A DNA stretch of 63,493 bases, counting the filler, from Lenisia limosa (Eukaryota; Protista; Breviatea), in the NCBI GenBank assembly GCA_001655205.1. It is 10 parts of 10 records of this genome, joined end to end, with 100 filler letters (N's around TTAATTAATTAA, not from the genome) between each part and the next. Parts side by side here need not be neighbours in the genome. Positions count along the whole stretch, not along the records: positions 10,591 to 39,822 come from LPNZ01010250.1; 9 more parts are not named here. One strand, written 5' to 3'. Shown here piece by piece: positions 13,601 through 27,400 of the stretch; position 1 is the first letter of the stretch; each line of letters opens with the position of its first letter. The position numbers and the translations under genes were made by a program. The notes beneath the pieces were generated by a model. That model searched no databases, was not told the DNA's origin, and saw nothing but the letters and a program-made list of their open reading frames with translations.

Positions 13601-16600
13601 CGATTTGCGTACCTCATGGGTTTTCTTAAAAATACCGGTGCTGTCAGAGTGTCCATTGCAAATTGGCCACCAAGAACCTGCAAATGGGTAAGTGAAATAA
13701 TTTATATCCCAAATACAACCTCTGCATTGTATGGGAGAAATTTGTCTACCTTTAAACGTGCTATTACATGATATATCTGAAGCTATAACTAGGCGGTTGA
13801 ATAAACTAAAATAAAGTAACCTTTGCAATACATCACCCTCGTAACGACTTACCCGGATGGCCTTCTTCGGCATTAGTCTGCTGTAAATTGAAGGAGTTCA
13901 CTGGGAGGTTAGAGTGGATACACGGAAAAAATTTTCTAAATATTAAAATAATCCCACACAGCTTGAGCAAGCATTGACAACTCTTGATAGTATCAGACGG
14001 CCTCTTGAAAANNNNNNNNNNNNNNNNNNNNNNNNNNNNNNNNNNNNNNNNNNNNNNNNNNNNNNNNNNNNNNNNNNNNNNNNNNNNNNNAGCTCTTGGG
14101 GCTGGTAGGGATTATCACTGTGGATGGCGAGAATAGAATAAGATAAGATGGAATTGGTTTCAGATGCGTACGAAAACAAAAGAAGAAACCCCTTAAATTA
14201 CCTCATCAAAGGGCCAGTCTATCTTGACTTGGAGCGAAAGTGTAGACAAAGTGGTAGTGTGAATTGCTGATGAGTCAGATGATGTAGTAACTATATGTAT
14301 GTTTTTGTATCCTGTCATAAAACAGATACCCCAATACTTCAAAATAGAGCTACGAGAACACTAGAAATTATATTTAAGACTTTTACACCCTACTTGGGAA
14401 GTCAGTTGCTGACTCAGATATATGACACCAACGCTCATTGCTTCCTAGGGGGGTCAAGAGTTATGGCTATTTAGCCAGTAAGAGGAAAGGTTTTTGAAAC
14501 CAGTAGTCAATATAGCTAATATAATATTATAATGTCATTTTGATCTTAGAATTGTGACAAACTAATCATGCCACAGATTACAGTTCTTAAGTCTAAGGAA
14601 AAATACCCTCCACCAACCTTCGGGAGTTTTGCGAATAGCAACATCCACGATATTAAGAGGACGGGTCATTTCTACAGCGGATAATTTGTAAGAGGTGCCA
14701 AATTAAATGAACAGCTGTCATATAAAATTTATACCATACTGTGATTCAGAGGGAAACTAAATTATTAACAATTTCACTTTAAAAAGCAGAGGGATTGTCC
14801 AAAAAATACCTCTCTTAAGATGAGCAGCACATTTGAACGTTGAAAGTACCGCCTCCTGAAAAAGGAATTACTTTCCATTAATGAAAAAAAAGTGCTTGAT
14901 CATCAAGTGGTGTTTGAAGAAAAGTTGAAAATCTCCTCAATGAGATTGTCAAGATGGCAAAGGTGATAAGACAATACCTTTTTGAAGCTTGCATTGAGGC
15001 TCTTGACAGACGCCAGTACCAAGCCGTGGCCAAGTTGCTCGGTGTGGTTCCCGAACCGAAACGAGGACACAGCCAAGCACGAGGCTAAACCGGCACAGTA
15101 GGCTGTCCATCCTGGGGGGGGGGGGGNNNNNNNNNNNNNNNNNNNNNNNNNNNNNNNNNNNNNNNNNNNNNNNNNNNNNNNNNNNNNNNNNNNNNNNNNN
15201 NNNNNNCACAAAAGTCACAACAAAACACATTGAAGTGATAAAGTGGGCTGCATTATAAATTGTATGTCATTCAAAGTAAATATGGTGGGATATTGCCGAG
15301 GGCACATACCCTCGTTCTGGAGCATAGCAAGAAGGGGTTTGACCAGGACAGCACACTTCAGCACATCTCCTCTCGCCCTGAGGTTATGTCAAGTAGAAAA
15401 CCAAGCATTGAGGGTAAAAAGAAACATATAGCTACATGTAATATGTAATTTATGGTTCAGTACTGCAAAACAAAAAAAATGACAGCCCTCGAAGAGAAGG
15501 AATAATAAAGAATATGTAGGTGGAAACGAACCAGTGTAAAGCTGCAATGGAAGCGTCGGTCATTAGACCCTCCCTCATTCGTTTCGCCTCTCTCAGGAGA
15601 CGACTGGTCAGCTTTGACAGTTTCTGAAACGTGAGCTGTATAATTTTACTATGAATGACTTTCGAGCTGAAATAATGAACGAAAACAACATAAGCGTTCA
15701 TCCCGAGTGTATCAGAGTATCATTGATAAGGATATGAGGTATCAAATCCTTGTGTGGAGAAACATAGTTCGTCAGTGACGATGGTTGAAGGTGGTTGTGC
15801 ATAGATCGCTAATTCGAGTAAAGCCTCCCACCAAATAGAGGGCATCAAAGGTTGCTGTTGACACTAGGGCGGACACAATATCCATATCTTCAGTCTCCAT
15901 GAAAGACAACGTTTCTAAAAAAATTGAGAAGGTTGGAGAAAACAGACAGTTGCCCTTAAGACTCCCCAACCCACTTGTTGTAAGAGGGGAATCAGGGCGC
16001 TTTTCCTGGTTCATTGTCACTGTTTCGGTGGTGACATTCTTCCACCACGCATTTTGGGGGATGGGGATCTTCATGTTGTCGGCCTGGAAGGTGATCTCAG
16101 GACCACTTTAAACAATCAGACTAACATCTTTAGTCAATAGTCATATTTTAACTCGAATTATACCCACACTACCTCCAAAACAGTCCAGTTTCCAGCATCG
16201 GTGAACCAGCATTCTTGAGGATTATCTGTAGGAAGCAGGTTTCGCCGTGCTCCAAGATGGCATAGCTATGGAAAGAAGTAAAATGCGAATACCCAAAAGA
16301 AATAACATAACAAGGTGCCCTTGGTAAAGAGAAATAAAAAATTTAGTCACGAAGCCACCAACAATCCGCCTTGCAAGGAGACAGAGACGAGCATTTGCAG
16401 AAGCCAGGCGTTTGGATCTCGGTTCATCCTTCTTGAAGGTAAGATTAAGATCTACCCAGTCTAAGTATCCACAATAGCAGTCGATTGAATATAACATAAA
16501 ACAAATATTACATGCTTTATGTGAATTTTGACGACCCCATACCTTATCAGCTGCCTCCGCCATATCAACAACCTTCTGACACGCAGTAAATGCCCAGCGC

Positions 16601-19520
16601 GAGGCCCTGTCGGTCGACACCTCATGACACGTTTGTGTGTAGAGCTTGGAAATGAATGACAGACCGCGTAGGGCAATATCGGGTCCGTTACGTTGCAGAG
16701 TCAGGAGCTGGGGTGCGGGTGAGGAGAACGGTTCTGGTAACCACTTTTCCCGCCTCGAAACTGTGGCTATTTTCAAAGTCTCTCCCCAGGAAAATAAAGT
16801 ACTGCTTGCAAAAACACGCCATTAAACTTGTAGAGATGTATTGTGTTAAGGCAATATCATCCACGAAATATCAAGTTCTATATCAGCATACCTTGGCAGT
16901 TTGGCCAAAAATATACTGCTTAAGTTCGAAGGTTGTGATCTCGTGGATGTGGATGTTTGCTCTTAGGGCCTTGGGGGGGGGGGGGGTCAANNNNNNNNNN
17001 NNNNNNNNNNNNNNNNNNNNNNNNNNNNNNNNNNNNNNNNNNNNNNNNNNNNNNNNNNNNNNNNNNNNNNNGAAAGTTGCTTACATATATAGAGCATATA
17101 CTATATTGATATCAGATAATATGATGTTTGAATAAAAGCTCACTTCAGCATCATAGTCTTCAAATGAGACAAGCGTTTTATCGCCGCAGAATTTGGACGT
17201 GGGTGGAATATCTGAAAAATAACACAAGACTAAGGGCTCAGAGACGGTTTTCATGAACGTGGAGGATCAACAAAAACGCACTTTGCACAAACCTGGCTTT
17301 TCAACCTCAACTTCTTCGACAGTCCTGTTCAGCTCATCATAGACCACCAGGGCATCATGAATAAGTCCGACCGTGACGTATGAGAGAGCCAAACCTTCCT
17401 AAAGAGGAAATTAGTCCATGATAATCCATAGCAACGAAACGATCATTTGATGCCAATACGAGATTGTGACAATTCCCAAGATTCAAACCTGGGTGGAGAA
17501 GAATCGTCCAAATGACCAGCCCCGCACAGATCTTTGATCAGACACCCTGTTGATTTCCTCTCGATAACTTAGGAGGTTAGTTGTGGCTACTGGGTGGGAT
17601 TATAAAGGCCTTTTTAAAAACTATCAGCAAAACAGAACTTCAGTATACCCATTAAAACTTCGTCAATAATCGCAATCGTCACACCCTCCACCTACTGTCT
17701 GATCAAAGAAGCGTAGGCAATAGAAACCATTTGAGTTAAAAAGCCCTCGAACATTCGCCTATGTTATCGTAAGTGATGTCAATCAAAGGAGTGAGGTGAC
17801 CAAAAAATTGGTGAGCCATCAGCAGTATCATTAGTGGAAAAAAATTGGAGTAGCTATCATATGTACAGTGTATAATATGCAATATGTAATACACTGTATG
17901 AAACTCACCAAGAAACTTGTGACTGTCCCCCATATTCGAGCTGGTAAATGAGTTCGGCAGATTTGGATCCAATATCGTTTCGGATTCGGTCATTCACTGT
18001 TCGGGTCTTCTTCAGCGAACTATCCCTCTGAAGTGTCAAATTGCAAGCAATGAGTACTGTTGTTCTGGAATAAGAAAGTATGTACGTCAAAATAATTTTA
18101 GAAACTATAATGTATCGATATGATAATGCTCAACTTTGCTTGAGGTTTCAAAATTGGACCCCCACCCCCCACCCAACCACAAGGTGAATGACAGTAAAAT
18201 CCTGTCTCTTTGTAACCCTGTCCTGGACCCATTGTTTGAGATAGTTCCGCTCTTCAGAAGGATAGCCGTCTTTGTCCTTGGAGTGTTAAAGGCCTGTATT
18301 CTCATTATATCCGAAAATATATCATACTAATTGCAGGCTTAACAAAGCCGGGATATATTCTACGGTACATATAGGTCATTGCATAGACACGCATCATGAA
18401 GTTACATCAAAACCCCTCACGTCTGCTTTGACCAAATAAATGAAGAGTAACGGTCGTCGGTACCTAAAAACATTAAATATAATACTAACAGATAAGTTCA
18501 ATTGTTGCAACGAACTTGTTTAAAAAAGGTACTTGTCAACTCATGATTCAATATTCTATGTCTCAAAACGACTAAAAGACTCGCATCTAGCTGATCAACA
18601 TACCAAGTGTGAGGGAATGCCAGAGTGTTTGTGGACTTTACTTCATCACTCGCAGCATGGCTGAACTTCAGCGGGAACTAAAATGGGTCAGTGGGTGTAA
18701 AAGAAAATGGTATAAGGAAGCAGACTATCACACAGGGTGATAAATACAATGCCGTATTACTGTGCGTCAAATTATAAAAACCGAAACCAAAGTGGCGCAA
18801 ACCTGTACATTAATTTGCCCTTCACATTTGGAGTGGACAGGAACCTGGAACGGTAAAGGAAGGCTGGTGATTAAAGTCAAAGAGAAGACTCAATGGTAGT
18901 ATTGTTTCCAAATTAGATACTAGGTTCTAAACCAAAGGAGTCTTCATCCCTTCAAACCTTTTTGAGAGGGAGGAGGTTCTTGACACCACCAAGAAACGCA
19001 TTGCCTGCTGACTTGGATCCCTCATCTTTGCTGGTTAGAAGAGGGCTGAAAGAAAAGCTGACCCTCCAGGCTCCCACAAACATGATATCAAAAAGGGGTG
19101 AGGCGGCCCCATATGGGCAGTGCGCCCAATAACAGCAGTGATGTAGAACCAGTTGCGTCTCTATTCAGTAAGGGGGCGCCAGAGGAGGGACAAAGACGAG
19201 AGTTGCCCTCAGGGGAACTTTTCTTTTGAGAGGCGTCGTCGTAAACCTTATCCAAAACTAGTAAAATACCCTGAAAAACAGCGGAAAAGGAAAGGTGTTT
19301 GTGGATAATTGTTTTTCGTCTTCACAGTCTCCTTACACAGTATTACATGACTTAAACTGCTATATTATGCAAATATACTCACGTAAAATTACAATATACA
19401 GATAATAACTTATAATTTGAAATTCCCAAAAAAATTCTAAAGAACCTCAATGTCGGATACTTCTTTGCAAAACTGCGACTTACACGTCATTCCGTGGTGA
19501 CTTTTTTCAATTGCGCTCAT
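10660..19520 (-). CDS. TRAPPC10: TRAPP II complex subunit TRAPPC10/Trs130 homolog, multi-exon
   Basis: Exons give YWAHCPY, RVSDQRSVRGWSFGRFFSTQ|EGLALSYVTVGLIHDALVVYDEL (family signature), RWAFTACQKV, YLVGGFTRI, GWTAYCAGLASCL and TLQPGENIFTL. Probable first exon MSAIEKSHHGMT|gtaagt at 19520. The 3' end is uncertain. Confidence 0.75.
11017..11115. mobile_element. hAT-type MITE (family M)
   Basis: tagggcttcacttcggttcgaaaa ... ttttcgaatcgaagtgaagcctta; left flank masked. Confidence 0.85.
11625..11745. repeat. Degenerate ~11-bp tandem repeat (aagaagtcgga)n
   Basis: Directly visible, intronic. Confidence 0.7.
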
Positions 19521-20197
19521 CCCATCTCTCCCCCACTCAACGCCATGAAAAACATGGGGGAGGATGAGGGGGAGGAGGGGGGTTTAGGTGTGGGACTTTT
19601 TCCCAGGTTTCTACAAGCTCTTTGTATTATTTATGTTGTATTCATGTACTTTTGAGACAATTCTGAGCTGCTTCTGAGGGTATGGGTATCTCGATTTAAT
19701 AATATGATATAATAAATATAAATGGGTGATTAAATTATTATGTTTTTGTAAAATGTAACAATTTTTTTTTTTTTTTTTTTCAAAACCTTGCAGCCGCTTT
19801 GCCTTATGCCAAGTTTGGTAAATGGGAGTTGAAATGGGGGAGGAGAGGAGCTAAAAAAAANNNNNNNNNNNNNNNNNNNNNNNNNNNNNNNNNNNNNNNN
19901 NNNNNNNNNNNNNNNNNNNNNNNNNNNNNNNNNNNNNNNNNNNNNNNNNNNNNNNNNNNNNNNNNNNNNNNNNNNNNCCCTATTATCCTATTATTGAGTT
20001 TTAAAAAAAGGATTGTGGTTTTCCTATGTATAAGACAAGTCACAACAAACTGACACCAAAGGATGCACTAGAAATGTTTCACAATTTCACAGGTGTTTAT
20101 TCTTCGTCCTCCTCTTGAAGCTACAAGTTGAGAATCAAGAGAGTTTACAAAAGACAACCCATCAGCTATTATGTGCATGAATATGAAAAGTGCATGT

Positions 20198-23100
20198 TTA
20201 TCCCACCTCTTGCACGTCACCTGACTTGATCAAGTTGAAAAGTACAGGTACCATGTGTCCATTTGCCTGGGGAGGCTGGCCGTTGACTTCCCTGCCTTGG
20301 TACTCCGTTCCTGATAGTTTCATGCGGTGATAATTGTTAACTTTTCACTCTTTGAAATAAAAAGAGTTAACATTAGCCCCCAACCTGCAATGTCGAAATG
20401 AACCCAAGGTGTGTGGTCTGGAACAAAGCATGACAGGAAAGCTGCAGCTTTTGAGGTTCCCGCTTCTGAAAATATCACATTTTAGTGAGGTAAGGGTGGC
20501 AAAAAAGGCACATTAGAAACATAAGAAAGTGAAGATCTAAATACTGCTTCGAATATCCAAAGAACAAAGAATTAAAGTGTTCATCTCATTTGATTAGAAT
20601 TACTAAATGAGGACAACACACTGGCTATCTCATTGAATCCTTGCACTAAAAACAAACAAATTTATACCTTTGATAGCACCTAGGTTGCAGATATCGGCAT
20701 GTGCTGACCCTTCCTAAAAAGTAAACTAGGAGTTGTTTGGACGGAATATAAAAAACCCACACCATCGCTTCAAGTATTAAGCATTATATTATTATGTATG
20801 TTAAGCAAAATAATGCGTAATTGGAACCACCCATACCTTCATGATGTCCAGGTACTCTTCGTACATTGGAAAGCGAACCACTCTGGTCATTGTACCGCTA
20901 ATGGAGCCTAAAACGTCATTTTGGGACTATACTCCAACCTTCAGTTTTTTGGTGGAAGTCTTCGGAATTTGAGAAGTAAATGACAGCAAAAGGACCAATT
21001 GACAAAGTGCAATTGCCAGTGAGCGTGGCAATGTCAATCATAGAGTTGAGTGCGTAGTTTGAGCCAATGTAAGCTACAATATTAGAAACCAACATACAGT
21101 TCAGCAGACAAAAGGTCGTATCCAACAAAATAATTATGAGCTTCTCAAAAACTGTGCTGCGATTGTAGTTTGATATTGGATCCAATAACCCACACATAGC
21201 ATCAGCCATGACAAGTCGGCCTTCAGCATCGGTGTTTTTTATTTCAACGGTAAGGCCCTTATGGCTCTTGATAATTGCACCTGGACGGGTGGAAGTCATG
21301 TCAACTAGGTTCTAAAGGGAGTAAGAATCAAATAAGCAGCTAAGGTAATGAGTCAGAACTTGAAAATGCTTTAATGTTCAAAATAATTATATGAGAAAAA
21401 AAAACCAAACAAACGGAAGAGAAAAGCAAATGAGAAAAGAGATGAAAAAGAAACCTCAAATGAAGACCAAACGCCTGCCGACCTCAGCAAGAGGGAGGGC
21501 ACACACAATGTTCCTTTTCACACCAGAACGAACAGCCAAAACAAACGCTCCAAAGGCGTTTGCGGCTCCACACCTGAGAGTGTTACCAAATACTATGATA
21601 AATAGTGAATAGCCACATGAAAAGGGCAACAGCCAATTGATACTCGTTTCTCTCGACAAGACCCACTTATCAGAGTGCATCTCATGAATGTCACAACCAG
21701 CGTTTTTGATGTTCAACCCTCCAGCATCAAAGGTGATGCCCTTCCCAATCATGGCAAAATAGGCTGTTGAAATTAAGGGAGAAAGTAGACACGCATCGAC
21801 CATTGCACTCAAAATACTATTGTAGATAAATAGTTCACATCTAATATGATATGATATCAATTCATATACAGTGACTGGGATATATTATACTATTATATTC
21901 CATGTATGCTACATCTAAATATGATGACATAAATATGAAGAACTGCCACAAACGGTCTTTAGGCTCCGCTCCTTGGTACTCGAAAATGGCAAGTCTGAAA
22001 AATGTGAATTGAGAAAGAGGGAGGGGCATTGAAAGTATGGTTTTCAAAAAACTAACCTATGAAAGAACCCAATTCAGCAAACCTGCCTTTTGAGGGAGCA
22101 GAGTCACCAACACTGTTCAGGAGGTTCAGCCCATTTGAATGACATTCGTCAGAATCCAGGCTTTTATTCTTGAGAAGAGTTACATAAGGAAAGGGGAAAT
22201 TCTTAGCTCAGAATTCAGTACAATTATTTGGTTTTAGACGCCATCATCTCATGAAAATGCAAAAGTCGACCAATATTCTAAAGAACAGCTGAGCCAACAT
22301 ACCTCAACACCATCGGGAAGACACCCCACGAGAATATCATAGAACATGTCAACATCAGTAACACGAGTATTTCCCAAGTCCCTTGCCAGTTCAATGCAAG
22401 AAGCTTCCAGGTTGGCAGCAGCCAGAACTATTTAATAAGAGAATTGAATAGCGCTCCACAATTGATACTTGGACACATTGGATAAGAGTACAAGTAAATA
22501 TAATCCAAACCAACTTCGTTCACACACAGAGTCATCAAACGATGCGCCTTGAGGGACAATAGAAAGGGATTTTAAGGTGATTACTGCATGGTCAAAAGGT
22601 TGTCAATATCAACAAAATAAAATCAAGCAGAGTTATACGGTGTCTTACCGTTGTCCTTTGATTTGTATACCCCGTAGCTGTAGGTGGCAAGTCGAGCTGC
22701 AACTGCGATTGTATGTAAAGCTTCTTCCTGTAAAGCTATAAAAACACATTTTCCATTCACTGATTTTCATATTCTTCTTCCCTCTCTTGGTTCTTGACAA
22801 AGAACAAAAGCTCCACAGTATTTTACACTGACCTGTGTGAGCCCTGCACGAGGGTAGAGGGAAAGGTCGGGGGTGACCAAAACTGCTTTCTCCACTTTTG
22901 TCGATAAAATCTAAACCGTCAGTTATCCAATACTGTCAGCACCAAAACCGCTTTAATTTCTCTTTCAAAGTTACTGTGATTTAGCATAAATACACAGCAT
23001 CCCAAAAAAAATACTTACTGTTCACCTTTTTGACAGCTTTGGTGGAACCGAGGTAAAGATCTCTCAACGAGGGTTTTGTGTGCCCAACAACAACTTGTTG

Positions 23101-23217
23101 CCCTATGTCATATGTTAAGCCGGTTGAAGAAAGATTATATGCATATCAAATATATATACTCTGTTTATTAAAATAACACAACCCAAAAGACTTACCTTCC
23201 ATATTGATTGTTTCCAT
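20198..23217 (-). CDS. Leucyl aminopeptidase (peptidase M17), multi-exon
   Basis: Motifs GKGITFDAGGLNIK, EMHSDKCGAANAFG, VEIKNTDAEGRLVMADAM, MIDIATLTG and PWVHFDIA; probable stop TAA at 20198-20200. The start may lie further upstream. Confidence 0.93.
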
Positions 23218-23269
23218 AGTCTTTCCGCCTTCCTGCTCACGTAAATCACAGAATAAAGGGTCACATATG

Positions 23270-24348
23270 ATTGTCTATCAGTAACTGTGGCCTTTCCGAA
23301 AATTGTCCCTGAACTTCATACGAGGCAACTACCATATCACAGTGCGGAACTTGTTGATGGTAGGTGCGTGTAAAAATGTCCCAAGAATCTACCTCGCCCA
23401 ACCTGCGTATGTTTGTTCAAAACTGTGACAACCGCTTCAGGGATGGAAAGGTCCCTAGAAAAATAACTTGAGTTGAACTACCATTATCCCCACAAAGAAA
23501 TATGGACCCCCCCCTCCCACTTGAGGGAGATAACATCCTCCTTCTTCAGTCGCATTTTGAAGATGACATCCATAGCAGGGATTGGACCGAGGCATATGCG
23601 AAGAAGACTGCTCATCACCTTGCTGCAACTACAAAGTTGGCAAAAGAAGCACAATAACACAATAACACAATAACAGATGTAACAGCTCAAAGACAAATGT
23701 TTTGCAACATATCAGTTTCATTATAGATTGGTTATGAGTTTAGTGAAAAAACAGCCACAAAAGGAAACAAGTCCCTCAACACAAATCCAAAGTATATATA
23801 CACTGCACCCCCCTGCCTCCCACCTCTGGACTGACATTGCTGGAAATATCGCAGGCATAATGAAAGAGAATGGATGGGTGGGTGGATGGCTGGCAGTGGC
23901 TGGAGGTGGATGGGATGGGCTAACACCTCTCGCCGCCGTAATCTTTCAATTTCGTTTTTGGTTTTTTTCACTCCTGAATAACCTCAGCTTCGGTTCAGAG
24001 TGTTTTTTTTTTTGCATATTAGATGATATGGATCTTGTAGCTAGTCTCTCATCAACCACCAATATTGTGATTTGATTTTTGTAAAACCACTCACTGTGTT
24101 CGGTTTCTGACCTCCCCCATCACTTAGCCTCCAACAATGCTGGTGTATCTGCTTCTTACATTTGCCTTCTTCGGTCAATGTTATGGCATCACACCGGCCA
24201 GGTGAGTCTCCATCTTGTTGCTGTCAAAATAGATTTGCTTTGTGAAACTTCTTACTCACTTTCTTTACGTCTTTTTACTCACTTTCTTTCGTCTGTCCTC
24301 TTTGACTCCATTTTGACTATTGCTTGACAAAAATGCATTATTTGACAT
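23270..24348 (-). CDS. Exon-like segments upstream of the aminopeptidase (N-terminal extension or small separate gene)
   Basis: ATG at 24348 gives MSNNAFLSSNSQNGVKEDRRKK|gtgagt, spliced in phase to QQDGDSPGRCDAITLTEEGKCKKQIHQHCWRL; further open segments near 23400-23690. Confidence 0.35.
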
Positions 24349-24479
24349 TATTGGCCAGTAAATATTATATCTAAAGTAATATCACTGAGAATAAAGTTCT
24401 AAAAAGACGTAAAATGGTGGGAAATTAGAAAGTGAGTCAAAAGACGTCATTTCCCAATGTGTTTGTATATTTAGGGGTT

Positions 24480-27400
24480 GTTCCAGATCGTTATTCAGTC
24501 CATATTATATTCCTTGTCCGTTCATTACCCGTTTATTGTTTTGCAAGGTGGATGTTGAGATATATGGCAGACTGAATTATATGCCCAAGTTCAGCCACTC
24601 ATTCACTCTCTAGTCTTCACAATGACGGTGTCCACATTTACAATTCGCTCTCGCAGTTTCCTCGTGACTCTATCACCAAGGTAATTCGGGGCAAGGTGTT
24701 TTAATGGAACCATTAGGTATTGGAAATATGTACGTGCCAAATGTACTATTGCGATAAGATGGGATGATTTCATTTGCGTGAAATACTGTCCCCTTTCTTC
24801 TTGACCATGAGTACATAAAGGACCATTCTAGTCCTATTTGTTTTTCATTGTTTTAGGAAGAGTTCGAGGCCGAAGTACAGAGTAAGCACGGAATGAATGT
24901 TCAAGATGTTTCTTTGGTGAAAGCCATGTGTCATCGTACATATCATGTGTATGATATATTCAATGTTTACTTATCCAGAGGTTCTTGATGGCATTGTTTT
25001 AGATGAATACCCAGTTTCGTATTAATCCAGAGTTAGCAGCAGCACTATTTACACTGACAGAAATCAACTGTCTCTCCGGAAGCCCAGTTCCAGCTGAAGG
25101 CATTTTCGTTACCACGTCCAACAGAAAGCATGGCTTCTCTTCATCCTTCGCCGATATCGTTGTAACGGTTTGTAACCCTAAGAGGACTGCTGACAATCTA
25201 AAATGGTATAGAATCCGAGACATAAAGAACAGCAAATGCCACTCTTATTGTTCAGGGAGATTGCCCAGAAGGTTTCACCCTCAGTGTCCCGAAAACCACT
25301 AATGTTGAATGCTCCTTTTCAACAGGCTGGATCGACGGACCAACTTGTGTCCCAAGTATGAGCTTTTGTCAATGGTGTTTCTTTTTGATACAGTATTGAC
25401 TAATATATATCATTGTATGATGTGTCATATTTGTTCAGCCACTCCAGCCAGCTCGTCAACTTTCACCTGACATTTGATTGACGACTTTAGTCACCTGTGC
25501 GAATGTGTTCTCCATTGGCATTGAGTCTTCAAACTGTACTTCAGGTTTGTGCTCTCTGTAAGAAGCTGATTGACCGGGTAGTTCTTTAACACCCCTCAAA
25601 CAAGATGCGTTTCAAGGACCTCCTTTTCTATGATATTATCAAAAACTGTTCTCTGTGTGTACTGATTTGCCTTTCTGTCAATGAAAACCTTTAGGAGACT
25701 CCTTTGTCGGCGACAGATGTGCTTTGTTTTGTACTGATTCCGAAATCGCATCTTCTGGTATGGACACGTAATCTGCCGTGTGCGTCTTTACTCTGTGTGT
25801 CTATTTTTTTGTTTACGCTTGCTCTGATGTGTTATTGCGTATCTTATGCGACTTTCAATACTATTTTCTTAACAGCCCAGGAACCCCAATTGCCGAATGC
25901 GGCAGCTTGGGATGGGAGACCGATTTCTATTGCGGTTTGTCTCTTAAATGTTAAAATTATTCCCACTTTGTTGTCCCAACATGGAATGCTTATTACCTGC
26001 CAATCTTTTTGTGTTCTATGACGATACTCTTTATTGTGTGGATCTCGATTCCAATCGCAACTCTTTTGGAACAACGCCACTACCAACATATATTAATTCT
26101 ACAAACTTATGACATGATATTGTGTTTATTTGATGATTGACAACATAGCTTGGTTATCACAATTCTTATTATCGAATAGCATCGCAGCTCTTCGGGTGTG
26201 GTTCGGGTGTTACCTACATGCATGGAGTGGTTTGTTGGGTTTTGTAACACCGATACTAACTGGAATTTGTATTTTTCCAATGTAACTCTTTCAGCCTGGT
26301 AGCCTTGACGATATTTTGGATGTTCCAGCAGTGTCACTTGAGGCATCTTGGGCAACCTCTGCCATTAAGCATATTGCCACCACAAATGGCGGCAACTGCA
26401 TTGTTGAATCTGGTATGCTGTGGTGTCTTTGTTGTTTGTTTCATCTTTATCTATTGATAACAACAGCACCATTGTTCTTTCTTCTTCAACTAACTCACCA
26501 CTACAGACGATACTCTCAAATGCATGGGGCGCAATTCCATGGGCGAAGTTGCTGGGTCCGCTGCACACACAGCAGTTGCCAACCCCTTCAGCTACTCCGC
26601 TTTTGTTGGACAGAACATTGTGCAGTTTGAGAGTGATATGCATCATCTGGCACTTAGATGTGAGCTTGGGTTTCTCTGTTATCTTATACTTGAAACTATC
26701 CAAGCACAACAATTTTGCCTACTTATACCCCTACATGATACAATGTTGTTCTTGGCTAATTCCTTGTAGTGGAGAATGGTGAGGTTTACACCTGGGGTTA
26801 CAGCATGCATCATCAAACTCTCCAACCCACTACTGGAGCATACTCCACTCCTACAATTGTCAGTTCCTGTCTGAGTCTCAAGAATCCAGTGTCATTTTGT
26901 GCCCTCACTAATTTCAGACAAAAAGATGTTCAATATGTCATCACTATACTTGTTTGATATTTTTCGAGATTTACAGTTCCTAGGTTAATACAGGAGGAAA
27001 AGCTACTGTTGACATGATAGTTGGTCCCTACGCCACTGCACTTAAACTTGGTTTGTTGATCATATGATATAGCAAAACATTTGCCGACATAAAGACCTGA
27101 TGTGACAAAGAAAGAGTCTCACTGTTACATGTACATCTGATATCTTCTCAATGTTATGATTTGCACACCCGCCTCACACCACATCAGACGATGGGACCTT
27201 TTATGGCGGCGGATACGGAACCTTCAATCCATTCAAGGGAACCACTGCCCAAGATGTTGCTGGGCACACGATGGACGTTTCAGTAGCGGTAAGCTGCCAG
27301 CGTTTGACAAATTCGCTCCAAAGTTGTGCTTTTTGTGTTAATATCATTTTTTAATCCCATTTTGTATTTATTTAAAGCGCTCACCCCTTAGTCTGGTACT

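Noticed and set aside
13379-13873. TET/JBP or other 2OG-Fe(II) oxygenase suggested by the HSD motif
   Set aside because: The segment fits TRAPPC10 (LQPGEN motif) in the correct position and lacks the conserved C-terminal Arg strand.
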